A stretch of 60,786 nt of DNA from a virus (IMGVR_UViG_3300046000_007143:1-60786); one strand, 5' to 3'; positions 1 through 9,172 are shown, counted from the stretch's first letter. Made by a program: numbers and translations. The notes: generated from the letters alone by a model not told the origin.

Positions 1-298
1 TGTCACCGTCGGGCTTGTCGGTGCTCGGCGGATCGATTGTGATGCGGGCTCGGTACTCGTGCTCGGCCTTGGTCACATACCGATCCGACCACCCGGCACG
101 ACCGTCAAACTGCTCGCACGTCTCGTTGCTGGCGATGCGATGCGCGCGGAGAAGCGAGGCGATGTCGGCGCGTGAATGGACGATGACGGGTTGTGTGATG
201 CGGTACGCCTGATCGGCGTATCGGACGCGAGGGGGGGCGTTGTCGGGGTGCAACTCGCCCCATGCCTCCGATCCGCTCGCTTCGCTCACAACGTCCAT
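1..298 (-). CDS. XRE-like HTH protein (runs off the left edge)
   Basis: Hand translation MDVVSEASGSEAWGELHPDNAPPRVRYADQAYRITQPVIVHSRADIASLLRAHRIAS... is homologous to 43354..43830; RBS-like AAGGGGG upstream. Confidence 0.75.
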   Translation of the reverse strand, partial: MDVVSEASGSEAWGELHPDNAPPRVRYADQAYRITQPVIVHSRADIASLLRAHRIASNETCEQFDGRAGWSDRYVTKAEHEYRARITIDPPSTDKPDGD

Positions 299-409
299 TC
301 GTCGCCCCCTTTGATCGGGTGCGGATCGGTGACCTGGAGCGCGCCAACGCCAGTGGAATGTGGGGTCGGGCGGTTACTGCGGGGTTACGGTGCGGAGGGG
401 GCAAGCGAA

Positions 410-540
410 CGAACGCTCCTACCCTATACCCCCTTCTCAGAACTGTTCATTCCTTTACACTTTCAAACAACCCCCCTTAGTTGTTGTACAATGATGATAT
501 AGACGTATTTTCATGTTTCACGGGCGTTTCACGTCCGTTC
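410..540. promoter_or_regulatory. AT-rich intergenic region: divergent promoters and/or candidate replication origin
   Basis: Markedly AT-rich, lies between divergent genes; an AT-rich counterpart occupies the same position in B (about 43940-44110). Confidence 0.4.
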
Positions 541-613
541 CGCTATCGCCACCTTGACGGTTGCCTATGTGAGCCTCACATACGGTCATCAGACGCCGCG
601 AGGAGACTTCCAC

Positions 614-1228
614 ATGGACATCATGGCCGAATACAAGGCTGAGAGGGCCTGCCTTGACCGCATCAAGCTGGTCCTCGCGGCCGGTGAAATGAGCCGAACG
701 GACCTTGGGCGTCAGTGTAGCGCGCACTCTACGGCGAGGGTTCAGTCCGTCATCGACGGCCTCAAGAGCGCAGGGCAGATGACGGAGACGATCATTCGCA
801 ATGGGCGCGCCGTCCGCACGATGCTGAAGCTGAGCGAGCCCGCCAGCGAGAAGCCGGACCCCCTGCTGGTTCGGATGTCACCCGAGGCGGTCGAGGCCCA
901 GGCTGATGCGCTGGCCCGGCTCAATGGCTGGTTCATTGCGCTGGAGGCGGACAAGACCAACACCGTGCTCTGGTCGGCCCGCAAGCCTATGCTGCTGGCC
1001 GCACGCGACATTCTGGTGGTCCTGCACCGAACGCCGTGGAAATACGCCGCAGAGACGCCTGTGTGGGCTGTCGCGGGCGATGCGGTCGACAGCTACGGAC
1101 ATGCCCGCGCGATGAAGGCGCTGCGCAAACTGGCAGAGATGGGCGCGATTGTCCTGAACGAGCGGCGGGGACGTGGAAAAACCTCAACCTTCAGGCTGTC
1201 CCGTGTCCCCCCGTATCCGATGGCCTAG
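614..1228 (+). CDS. Putative tandem winged-helix DNA-binding protein
   Basis: AGGAG RBS before ATG 614; homolog at 44165..44779; two HTH/wing-like segments (MSRTDLGRQC...; ERRGRGKTSTFRL). Confidence 0.7.
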   Translation: MDIMAEYKAERACLDRIKLVLAAGEMSRTDLGRQCSAHSTARVQSVIDGLKSAGQMTETIIRNGRAVRTMLKLSEPASEKPDPLLVRMSPEAVEAQADALARLNGWFIALEADKTNTVLWSARKPMLLAARDILVVLHRTPWKYAAETPVWAVAGDAVDSYGHARAMKALRKLAEMGAIVLNERRGRGKTSTFRLSRVPPYPMA

Positions 1229-3600
1229 CCGATCCAGCGATAGACCATCTGGGCCTTGCCGCCAGCGGCCGGTGTTGGACCGCGCGCCTCTGACACATAC
1301 TCGGCGTCGACGAGCGTCCTGAGAATGCCATCCAGCATCCGCCCGTCCACCCGCTGCGCCATGAGACGCACCACCTCGCCCCGCGTCATAGACTTGGCCT
1401 TGCGGATGGCGACCATGACCATGCTGGACCACTTGGCGAAGTCGTTCTCGTGCATGAACTCCACGCAGTCCCGCGCCATTTGAGCCGCCGACCAGACCGC
1501 GACGTCCCTGCCCCAGTCCATGTCCTCGAGCGTCACCTTGGGATTGGCCGGGTCAATGCCGATCGCCCGGATGACGGCCAACCTCTGCGCCATCTCGGCG
1601 GTGCGGGTGAAGAACACCGAGTCCTGCTCCATCCGCTCGATGCGCTCGCCGAGGGCCTGGTATGCCCCATGCGCGAACTTGTCCGCCCAAGGCACGACGA
1701 TCATCGGTGCGTCGGCGATGCTGGCGTGGCTGGTGGCGCGGGTCAGCGGATTGCCGGACGTGTAGATCGCCAGCATCTGATCGACCACCGCGGCCGGAAC
1801 CACCATCTTGTCGGCCGCGGGGTCGCGTTCGATCACGCGAGAGTGCGTCGACAGGATCAGGAAGCGGTTGAGGAAGCCGTTGAAGACGTCCCCGCCCTCG
1901 AGGTTCTGGAAGAACTCCTCGTGCGTCGACACCCCATAGATGGACAGCGCCGGGCTATGGATCGGCTCACCCACCCTGCCCGCCCATTCCGGAGGCGCCA
2001 TCGTGTCGAAGCTGGAGCCCCACGCGGTACGCAGGACGCCCGTGATCGCCTTCTCGTGCGTCGACGCCTTGCGCCCGTTGATCCGACCGAGGAACGCGCC
2101 GAACTCGTCGATGCAGGTCAGTGTCAGGGGCTGGCGTGTGATGCGGTTGATGAGCGCCGACATGGACATGAAGCCCGACGGCCCGTAGTGCGCGCCCATC
2201 GTGCAGGCGTGCAGCACCCGGCCGATGCACTTCAGCGGGTGGTCCTTCGCAGCACCTGACGGCGCCAGAAACAGGCCGTAGATGTGCGTCCCTGTCAGCG
2301 TCGGGCCTGCGTACTTCCGGCCGGCCGCTGTGCCGACCAGCTCCAGGGCCGCCAACAGGGCGCCGGCTCGCTGTGGTTTGCGTGCCGAGTCCGCGATCCA
2401 ATCGGTCAGGGCGCCGAGCAGGCCGGGGTTGCGGGTCAGGTGGTCGGGCAGGTCGCCATTCAACGCGCCGTTTGCAGCAGTTTGCACCACCGGAGCGGCG
2501 ATAACGGGCGCAATCGGTGCAATATCTGCGGTGATTGGAGGCGTTTTAACCCGCAACGGCTCAGGCAGGTCGTGGTCGTCATCTGAGTTAGCCAGCGATA
2601 CTGGCGCACTGAGCGCAATCACCACCCCGTCGTCCTTCAGCCCCAGCCGCTCACGCAGCCAGTCCGTAGCTTCTGCCTGTTCGCAGTCCCGCGCGGCCAT
2701 GACCAGGTCGATCGCGCTGTAGGTGTCGTTCGTCCCGAAGTCCTTGATGCCGTCGCGCTGGATGCTGAGGTTCCGCTTGCGGTCTGGGATCGCCTGCCCG
2801 GTGCTGGACGCCCGCCATGTTGCGACCGCCTCATAGCCGCCGCGCGCCGGACGACAGCCGTACAGGTTCAACGCCGGCACCCAGGCGTCGAGGTTGCCGA
2901 GCGCCGCGGCCTTGGTCTCGGACCAGATGTCGTCGATGTCGACAGGAGCCGGTCGTACTGGCCGGTCACGCTGCGTCGTCACCCGCTCTCGCGACCACCC
3001 GCACTGCTCCAGCGCCTCCTCCAGAGCCGTCATGTCGTCATCGGTCAGGACGGGCAGCTCGTCGGCGCGCACCGGGCCGGCCAGCCAGACGTAGGGCTTG
3101 CCGGTGTCGGGGTGGATCGAGGGCGGGATGACGGTCTGTCGTGTGTCGAAGCCGGTCAGCAGGTCGATGAGGCGTCCGTCCGGGCCGTCGTAGGGCTTGG
3201 ACTTCAGCGTCTTCGGCGCGAGATAGAAGCGGGTCTCGCCCGTCTTCCCGCGCTTGACCATCGGACTTGCAGGGGCGGCGCCGAGCAGCGTGTCGAGGTC
3301 GTCAGCGTCCTTGGCGTCGAAGTCCAGGGACACGACGTGCAGATCCTTGCGCGCCACCGTGCCCATGAGCACGCCGATGTTGGCGCCCGGCGCCTTGGAC
3401 CACAGCCCGAGCTCGAACGCGGACGGCGTACTGTCGCGGAACCGCTGCCACTTGCCCATGCCCTGCCAGTGACCGGAGCGGTACTCGCCGGGGCATTTGC
3501 CGCGGCCTGCGTGAGAGGCGTAGTCGGCGGGGATCAATGGGAGCACGCTGAAGCCCAACCCCTGCAGGTCAGTCGCAGCCGCCGAGAATGGAGACGTCAC
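1225..3600 (-). CDS. Bifunctional primase-polymerase (Prim-Pol) with C-terminal DUF3987-like NTPase domain
   Basis: N-terminal ANIGVLMG, VVSLDFD and TVIPPSIHPDTGKPYVW motifs; C-terminal APSGAAKD, IDEFG, NGFLNRF; GTG start overlaps the upstream stop. Confidence 0.88.
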   Translation of the reverse strand: MTSPFSAAATDLQGLGFSVLPLIPADYASHAGRGKCPGEYRSGHWQGMGKWQRFRDSTPSAFELGLWSKAPGANIGVLMGTVARKDLHVVSLDFDAKDADDLDTLLGAAPASPMVKRGKTGETRFYLAPKTLKSKPYDGPDGRLIDLLTGFDTRQTVIPPSIHPDTGKPYVWLAGPVRADELPVLTDDDMTALEEALEQCGWSRERVTTQRDRPVRPAPVDIDDIWSETKAAALGNLDAWVPALNLYGCRPARGGYEAVATWRASSTGQAIPDRKRNLSIQRDGIKDFGTNDTYSAIDLVMAARDCEQAEATDWLRERLGLKDDGVVIALSAPVSLANSDDDHDLPEPLRVKTPPITADIAPIAPVIAAPVVQTAANGALNGDLPDHLTRNPGLLGALTDWIADSARKPQRAGALLAALELVGTAAGRKYAGPTLTGTHIYGLFLAPSGAAKDHPLKCIGRVLHACTMGAHYGPSGFMSMSALINRITRQPLTLTCIDEFGAFLGRINGRKASTHEKAITGVLRTAWGSSFDTMAPPEWAGRVGEPIHSPALSIYGVSTHEEFFQNLEGGDVFNGFLNRFLILSTHSRVIERDPAADKMVVPAAVVDQMLAIYTSGNPLTRATSHASIADAPMIVVPWADKFAHGAYQALGERIERMEQDSVFFTRTAEMAQRLAVIRAIGIDPANPKVTLEDMDWGRDVAVWSAAQMARDCVEFMHENDFAKWSSMVMVAIRKAKSMTRGEVVRLMAQRVDGRMLDGILRTLVDAEYVSEARGPTPAAGGKAQMVYRWIG

Positions 3601-3803
3601 CCCTCTGCCCCCACCGGAATAGTCCACGCGGCCACGATGCGGTCGCCCGCCGCCTTGTTGGCTTCGTTGACGAGGATGCAGGCGAAGGTCAGGTACTCGT
3701 CTGCGGAGAGGGTGCGCAGGTCGAACTTGCCCAGTGCGTCGAGGTGGGCGCCGGCGATGTCGGATGCGCGCTTGATGTCGTCGCGGGTCAGGTAGGGGGT
3801 CAT
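3597..3803 (-). CDS. Conserved phage hypothetical protein
   Basis: MTPYLTRDDIKRASD..., near-identical to 47330..47536; coupled start/stop overlaps. Confidence 0.8.
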   Translation of the reverse strand: MTPYLTRDDIKRASDIAGAHLDALGKFDLRTLSADEYLTFACILVNEANKAAGDRIVAAWTIPVGAEG

Positions 3804-4096
3804 GCGTCCACCGCCTTCTTGACGCGCTTGGGCTCTTCGATGCCGACGCCTTGCGTCAGCCACTCGACGATGTTGCGGCGCTGGATCTTGCGGAAACAGG
3901 CGGCAGCGAACCCGTACTCGTCCTCGCTCTCGACATGGCCGATCTCGACGATCTGGACGGCGTCAATATCCGTGAACCAGTTCTCGTGACCGTCGCCAGC
4001 CGCCAGGAACTCCGCGACAGTGTAAATCTCGCCGACGCGCAGGAACTCGCCGCCCTCGTCGTCGATGCACTCGACTTCATCTCCCGGAGCAAACAT
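3800..4096 (-). CDS. Phage hypothetical protein
   Basis: FAPGDEVECID...FRKIQRRN; diverged homolog at 47533..47841. Confidence 0.75.
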   Translation of the reverse strand: MFAPGDEVECIDDEGGEFLRVGEIYTVAEFLAAGDGHENWFTDIDAVQIVEIGHVESEDEYGFAAACFRKIQRRNIVEWLTQGVGIEEPKRVKKAVDA

Positions 4097-4266
4097 CACT
4101 GCACCCCCACAATCTCGCCAGCCGCCAGCAGCACGCGCTTGCCGTCGGGCAGCGCCTCCCAGTGCTTGACCTGCACCGGATCACCCTTGTCGGGCTTCAC
4201 GTTCAGGACGATCTCGTTGTCGCGGGTCATGTATCCGCCAGTGACCGTGGCGTTGAAGCGGGTCAT
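4096..4266 (-). CDS. Small conserved phage protein
   Basis: MTRFNATVTGGY..., homolog at 47841..48011. Confidence 0.75.
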   Translation of the reverse strand: MTRFNATVTGGYMTRDNEIVLNVKPDKGDPVQVKHWEALPDGKRVLLAAGEIVGVQ

Positions 4267-4748
4267 GTGATGGGCTCCCGGAGAAGGTGGTCGGTGTGGC
4301 GCTGGACGCCCCAGAGAACGGTGCTGTGATCGCGACCACCGAAGTATTTGCCGATGGTCTGTGAGGTGAAGCGGCGCTTGCCGTCCGGCCGGCGCTGTTG
4401 CCACGCGAGCCAGAACGCCTCGTGCCGAGGGAATGCCAGGTCATTGGTGCGCGCGCCCGGCAGTCCGGCCGGCATGCGCAGGTCGTCCACGGACAGGCCG
4501 TGCTTGATGGCGACCTGCAGCGCGATCTCGGCCAGCGTCATCGGCTCACCGACACGGCGCGCGGCGTTCAACACGCCAGCCATGACGGTCGCGAGTGTCA
4601 GGACGCCGCGACGCTCGACCAGATGGCCGGCGACGTGAGCGAGCAACGCCTGCAGGTCAGCCGCGTCCATCGAGCCGAGAGTGCGCACGGCCGAGAACGC
4701 AGCCAGACCCAGGGGTCGCTCGTCGTCGTTCACAGGGACCGCGCTCAT
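4263..4748 (-). CDS. DnaA C-terminal (domain IV) HTH-containing protein
   Basis: LAFPRHEAFWL...IGKYFGGRDHSTVLWGV matches the DnaA domain IV signature (GGRDHxTV). Confidence 0.85.
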   Translation of the reverse strand: MSAVPVNDDERPLGLAAFSAVRTLGSMDAADLQALLAHVAGHLVERRGVLTLATVMAGVLNAARRVGEPMTLAEIALQVAIKHGLSVDDLRMPAGLPGARTNDLAFPRHEAFWLAWQQRRPDGKRRFTSQTIGKYFGGRDHSTVLWGVQRHTDHLLREPIT

Positions 4749-5119
4749 GCCGCCACCCGTTCATCGATCCACGCGCGGAGTTCGGGCGCGAGGGTGTAGC
4801 AGCCGGTCCCGTAGGCATTGCTGATCCCGCCGGGCGCTTTGAAGTCAGCGAACCGGCGACGCAGTTGGGACAGGCACACCTTGACGCTCGCGAGGTCCGG
4901 GCCGTCGCCGTTGTCGTGCTCGAACACGTTGAGATAGATCGCGGTCGTCGAGACGGGCCGGGTCGCGCCCATCAGCAGCGCCAGAGTGCCGGCCTGTTTC
5001 GGCGAGAGGCCGAATGCGTGACGCAACTTGGTCTTCTGGTCGACAGTTCCGATGACGCTGTCCAGCCGCTCGCGCAGATAGCGCACCTGCTCCTGCAGGT
5101 CTTCGATTTGGGGCGTCAT
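4745..5119 (-). CDS. Receiver-less OmpR/CtrA-type winged-helix protein
   Basis: LSPKQAGTLALL...VKVCLSQLRRRF...ISNAYGTGCYTL follows the Trans_reg_C pattern; N-terminal coiled coil instead of a receiver domain. Confidence 0.8.
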   Translation of the reverse strand: MTPQIEDLQEQVRYLRERLDSVIGTVDQKTKLRHAFGLSPKQAGTLALLMGATRPVSTTAIYLNVFEHDNGDGPDLASVKVCLSQLRRRFADFKAPGGISNAYGTGCYTLAPELRAWIDERVAA

Positions 5120-6744
5120 GCCGCCTGCTCCTGTGATTGAGTGAAGCGGCGCGAAACGATGTTCCACCACTTTCCATTTTTTCTGACGGCGATGAAGGCG
5201 GGCTGCGAAAGCTCGCTCCAACGCACGAGGGCTTCTTCGACGCTGTCCGGAGCCGGCATTTGACCCGCGTGGGCCTGCCACCACTTCTCAGCGCGGTATC
5301 TGCCCGGTCCTGAATGCTCGAACAGAACCCACTCCGGATACGACATCAGCCCGGCCGAGTAGGTCACCCTCAACGAGTCCGGCGACCCCGTCTTGACGTG
5401 CCGACGCGCCATCCACGTCACCACCGCGATCTCTTCGGGCGGCTGGTTGCGCAAATCGCGGCTCAGGATCGCGACGTCGTCCGCCTCAGCGTCGTGACGG
5501 GCCTTGTCCATCGTCCACTCGTGGCCGCAGAAGGCGCATGTCTGGGCGTTGAGGGCAGCCAGGGACTTGCAGGAGGGGCACTCCTTGGCGCGGACGGTAT
5601 CGACGGTGACGCCGGCCTCTTTCTTTCCGCCGCGGTTCGGCTTGATCTCGATCAGATCGACCGGCCCATGCCGGCGGACGTTGCCAGCCCAGTCGAGCAC
5701 CAGGCAGTTGTCCTTGCCCGGCGCCGTGCGGAACCCGCGACCCACCTGCTGCACGAACAGGCCGGTGCTGAGCGTCGGACGCATCATGCCAACGAGATCG
5801 ACGTGCGGGACATTGAAGCCGGTCGTCAGGACTCCGACTGAGGTCAGGCACCGGATCTCCCCGCGGCGGAACCGCTGGATGATCCCGTCGCGCTGGCCAC
5901 TGTCCATGTCGCCGGTGATGGCCTCGCAGGTGATCCCGTGACCGACGATCTCATCGCGAACGTGGGCGGCGTGTTTGACGCCAGAGCAGAACACCAGCCA
6001 TGCCTTGCGGTTAGCGCCATATGCGACGAGCTCAGCAACCGCGGCCTGCACGACAGCGTCGTCGTTCGCGGCCCGCTCGAGGTCACCAGCGACGAACTCC
6101 CCGCCCCTTTTCGACACGGACGAGACGTCGATCTCGCTCATGCCCTTGGAGATCAGCGGGGCGAGATAGCCTTCGTCGATCAGGTCGCTGAGCTTGGCTT
6201 CGTAGATGATCTTCTCGAACAGGGCGTCGCTGCCGTCGTCCAGTCGGCCGCTGTCGAGGCGGTACGGCGTGGCGGTCAGGCCGATGACGCGCATCTCCGG
6301 GTTCATCTCACGCAGAGCGCCAATGAACTTGCCGTAGGTCGTGTCGGTCGAGCGCGAGATCAGGTGCGCTTCGTCGATCAGAAGCAGATCGAAGGCCCCG
6401 AGCTCTCGGGTCCGGCGCCACGCCGACTGAATGCCGGCGAAGATAATGCGCTGTGACGTGTCCTTGCGTCCGAGCCCGGCCGCATAGATGCCGGCCGGAG
6501 CGCCGGGCCACAGACGCAGCAGTTCCTGATGGTCTTGCTGGATCAGCTCCCGCACATGGGTCACGATCCCGATGCGCATTCCAGGGTACTGAGCGAGCAG
6601 TTCCTGCACGATCGCTGCGAGCACGAGCGACTTACCGGCGCCGGTCGGATAGACCAGCAGGCCGTTGCCGCCGCCTTCAGACCAGTGGTCGTATAGGGCG
6701 TCAAGGCCGGCGCGCTGGTACGGCCTAAGAGTGAGCGCTGACAT
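5116..6744 (-). CDS. SF2 DEAD/H helicase with C-terminal zinc finger (RadD/YejH-like)
   Basis: LRPYQ, PTGAGKS, DEAH, TATP, LTTGFN, QQVGRG motifs; CPSC...CAFC; likely start MSALTLRPYQ at 6744. Confidence 0.92.
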   Translation of the reverse strand: MSALTLRPYQRAGLDALYDHWSEGGGNGLLVYPTGAGKSLVLAAIVQELLAQYPGMRIGIVTHVRELIQQDHQELLRLWPGAPAGIYAAGLGRKDTSQRIIFAGIQSAWRRTRELGAFDLLLIDEAHLISRSTDTTYGKFIGALREMNPEMRVIGLTATPYRLDSGRLDDGSDALFEKIIYEAKLSDLIDEGYLAPLISKGMSEIDVSSVSKRGGEFVAGDLERAANDDAVVQAAVAELVAYGANRKAWLVFCSGVKHAAHVRDEIVGHGITCEAITGDMDSGQRDGIIQRFRRGEIRCLTSVGVLTTGFNVPHVDLVGMMRPTLSTGLFVQQVGRGFRTAPGKDNCLVLDWAGNVRRHGPVDLIEIKPNRGGKKEAGVTVDTVRAKECPSCKSLAALNAQTCAFCGHEWTMDKARHDAEADDVAILSRDLRNQPPEEIAVVTWMARRHVKTGSPDSLRVTYSAGLMSYPEWVLFEHSGPGRYRAEKWWQAHAGQMPAPDSVEEALVRWSELSQPAFIAVRKNGKWWNIVSRRFTQSQEQAA

Positions 6745-7324
6745 ACTCGATTGCCCTCCGCATAATGGCTTCGCTCTCGCGCAGCAGGCCGATTCCTTGG
6801 TTGCAGGGACCGCACAGCAGGCCGCGCACGCGGTTGGTCGTATGGCAGTGGTCGATGTGAGTGCGATCGACGCCCGGAAGGGCCTCTGTGCAGATGGGGC
6901 AAAGGCCGTTCTGGGCTTCGCGGAGCGCCTGGAATGCAGCCTCGTCAACGCCGTACAGCTTGACCCTGCGGTTCCAGCGGGTCTTGTCCCGATCGCGTTG
7001 CTGTGCGCTTCGACCGCACTCCACGCAGTTTCCTGACGTGGTCCAGCGCTCGGCATGCCCCTTTGGGCAGACGGTTCCGATGTAGGTGATCTCGCCGGCA
7101 GCGGCGGCACGCTTTGCTGCCTCACACACCTTGCGGCGAGACCGAACGGCACCGCTCGTTTGGCACCCCAGTCGGATCGCGTTTGCTTCCCGCGTGCAAA
7201 CCATACAACGACCGCCGCGCGTGTAGCGGACGCTGCCGTGCCCATTCGGGCAGGTCTTGCCGTTGTCAAAGAACACGGCGCCGATGCGGAGTGCTTCGGC
7301 CTTGGAGGCAGGTAGCGCACTCAC
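6725..7324 (-). CDS. Endonuclease VII-family (His-Me) nuclease, probable free-standing homing endonuclease
   Basis: QNGLCPIC...HIDHCHTTNRVRGLLCGPCNQGIG; two N-terminal CPxGH zinc repeats; absent from B. Confidence 0.85.
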   Translation of the reverse strand: MSALPASKAEALRIGAVFFDNGKTCPNGHGSVRYTRGGRCMVCTREANAIRLGCQTSGAVRSRRKVCEAAKRAAAAGEITYIGTVCPKGHAERWTTSGNCVECGRSAQQRDRDKTRWNRRVKLYGVDEAAFQALREAQNGLCPICTEALPGVDRTHIDHCHTTNRVRGLLCGPCNQGIGLLRESEAIMRRAIEYVSAHS

Positions 7325-8253
7325 CGCGCACCCCCATCAACCCACACGTCACCCGTCGCCAGCCGGTAGGTCACCCGCTCGTTCTCGTGGTCGACGTCGG
7401 TCTGCTCGCCGGGAATGGTGGTCGGATTGAACAGGTGCTGAGGGCAGCCGGCCCGCTGCTCGTCGAGGGTCAGGTCGCGGTTCCAGCGAGCGCATGACCA
7501 GCGAGCGTCGCCGTCCAGATGCGCAGAACTGTGGAGACAGCTCCTGCACGACCGCGCCGGCATGAGGCCGTCGTTCGGCGCGCAGCCGTAGCCCGCCTTG
7601 AGGAAATAGACGGGGCAGGAACAGGCCGGGCGCCGGTCGGAGGTGACGATGCGCTCGGCGCGGACCATGAGGCGGGCGAACTCGACGGGGTCGAAGTCCA
7701 CGCGCTCGGCGTACAGGGTGTCGTCGTTCTTGTTGACGGCCAGGTACAGCGCGCGGGTCCGGTGACGCAGGCCCATATAAGTCTGCATCTGCGCGTGGTG
7801 CGTCGGCTTGGACTCGCGGACCGCCTTCTTCAGCAGATCCTTGAACGACTTGTCTTTGTGCGTCTTGAACTCGACGACGTGCACGGTCTTCGGCGCTTCG
7901 GGGACATTGGTCGCCTCGCCGTCGAGATGACCGCCGCCATGCCCGCCCGCAAACCGGACAGCGAACTGCTCGCCGGTGTCGGGATCGACATCGTGCAGGT
8001 CGAAGCCTGCCGCCTTCATCATCTCGACGAGGCGCGCTTCCCAGCGGTGACCGGTCTCAAAGATCGAGAGCTTTTGGCCGTCGAAAATCTCAGCGGGAAA
8101 CAGCCAGCGAAAGTTGTCCCAGAGTTTGCGTTCGCACTCGTCGCCCAGCACGGATGCGCCGAGATAGGTGCGGCGCGACGTGTCCTGCGTCTGCTCGAGG
8201 TGACCGAACAGCTTGGCCACCGTCGGCGGAGTGGTTTGCGGGAGCTCAGGCAC
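7321..8253 (-). CDS. PD-(D/E)XK exonuclease (Cas4-like)
   Basis: YLGASVLGDECERKLW, GHLDG, VVEFKT, QMQTYM and a Cys cluster; homolog 50860..51798. Confidence 0.85.
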   Translation of the reverse strand: MPELPQTTPPTVAKLFGHLEQTQDTSRRTYLGASVLGDECERKLWDNFRWLFPAEIFDGQKLSIFETGHRWEARLVEMMKAAGFDLHDVDPDTGEQFAVRFAGGHGGGHLDGEATNVPEAPKTVHVVEFKTHKDKSFKDLLKKAVRESKPTHHAQMQTYMGLRHRTRALYLAVNKNDDTLYAERVDFDPVEFARLMVRAERIVTSDRRPACSCPVYFLKAGYGCAPNDGLMPARSCRSCLHSSAHLDGDARWSCARWNRDLTLDEQRAGCPQHLFNPTTIPGEQTDVDHENERVTYRLATGDVWVDGGAR

Positions 8254-8425
8254 CGAGCGACTCCCGTTCCGTGCGATGCTCAAGCCGAGCCTCGCCGCAA
8301 TCCGGGCACACCCAGTCGCCGAGCAGGTCGAACTCCTCAGTGTTGATGTCGCCTTCGTCCGTGATGACGCCGCAGTCGGTGCAGGGCGCCTGTTCGGGGG
8401 TGACAGTGTCTTCGTACTCAGCCAT
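8246..8425 (-). CDS. Small zinc-ribbon protein
   Basis: CTDC...CPDC; homolog 51791..51955. Confidence 0.7.
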   Translation of the reverse strand: MAEYEDTVTPEQAPCTDCGVITDEGDINTEEFDLLGDWVCPDCGEARLEHRTERESLGA

Positions 8426-8607
8426 CACCCCACCTCCCCGCGATATGCGCGGTCCAGCAGGCGTTGAGCGGCGCTGATTTCGAGCCGGGCGGCAGTTTTG
8501 AAGCCCCCCTGGAACTCGACTTGGGCTTGGCGGATGATGCCTGCGACCTCAGTCAGCAGCGCCACCTCATCCTGTCGGCCATCGACAGGGCGCAGTTGTT
8601 CGGTCAT
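8425..8607 (-). CDS. Conserved phage hypothetical protein
   Basis: MTEQLRPVDGRQDEV..., homolog 52345..52524. Confidence 0.75.
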   Translation of the reverse strand: MTEQLRPVDGRQDEVALLTEVAGIIRQAQVEFQGGFKTAARLEISAAQRLLDRAYRGEVG

Positions 8608-8704
8608 CGTCAGGGGTTCCTGCGATGCTGTTGTTAGACAGCGGGTTGGAAGGGTCGCCGGACGGGTCGGAGTTGGAAGCTAGGCCCGTCCGGCGATGTT
8701 CAGT
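8608..8704 (-). promoter_or_regulatory. Conserved structured intergenic RNA element (long hairpin, UUCCAAC motifs)
   Basis: TCGCCGGACGGG/CCCGTCCGGCGA inverted repeat; almost identical at 52525-52621. Confidence 0.55.
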
Positions 8705-9172
8705 TTAGGCAGCCTTCTTGCCCCAGGGGGTAGAAGCGGGAGCGCCGGCAGCCGAGGCAGCGGCGGTCGCGGGTCCGGCAGCGCCAACTGCCTTGTATCC
8801 CTTGACCGTGTTCTGCTCGCCGTACTCGCCCTTGGCCGGCTGGATCGCGACGGTGATCTCGACCGGCTTGAAGTGCAGGGCCTCGCTGTTCGACAGGACG
8901 CCGGTGTGGCCGACAGCCGCACAGATGCGCTTCAGCGAACGCTCGGCGATGGCCTGCGCGTCGGGGTTGGAGTTGATGATGTTCAGGTTCTCCCAGACGC
9001 GGCGCTTGGCCTTGGGACCGTCGATGATCTCCCAGGTCAGCTTGAGCATCTGGCCGCCGGACTTGGTTTCGGCGAGCGAGGACTCGATGATCTGGGCGAC
9101 GTAGTTGCCGGCCTCGAGGATCTCGCGATCGTCGGTGACGGCATCGGGGTTGAATGAGCCGAGTTCGGCCAT
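8705..9172 (-). CDS. DUF669-type single-stranded DNA-binding protein
   Basis: AGNYVAQIIES...MLKLTWEIIDG...VWENLN, C-terminal TPWGKKAA; follows a Sak4-like gene. Confidence 0.8.
   Translation of the reverse strand: MAELGSFNPDAVTDDREILEAGNYVAQIIESSLAETKSGGQMLKLTWEIIDGPKAKRRVWENLNIINSNPDAQAIAERSLKRICAAVGHTGVLSNSEALHFKPVEITVAIQPAKGEYGEQNTVKGYKAVGAAGPATAAASAAGAPASTPWGKKAA

Noticed and set aside
6745-7320. N-terminal extension of the 734-aa helicase ORF (intein or fusion)
   Set aside because: Out-of-frame overlap with the endonuclease VII gene; the B homolog starts at the LRPYQ region
7321-8253. CRISPR-Cas locus (Cas4-like nuclease)
   Set aside because: No repeat-spacer array or other cas genes; the context is a standard phage Sak4-SSB-exonuclease-helicase module
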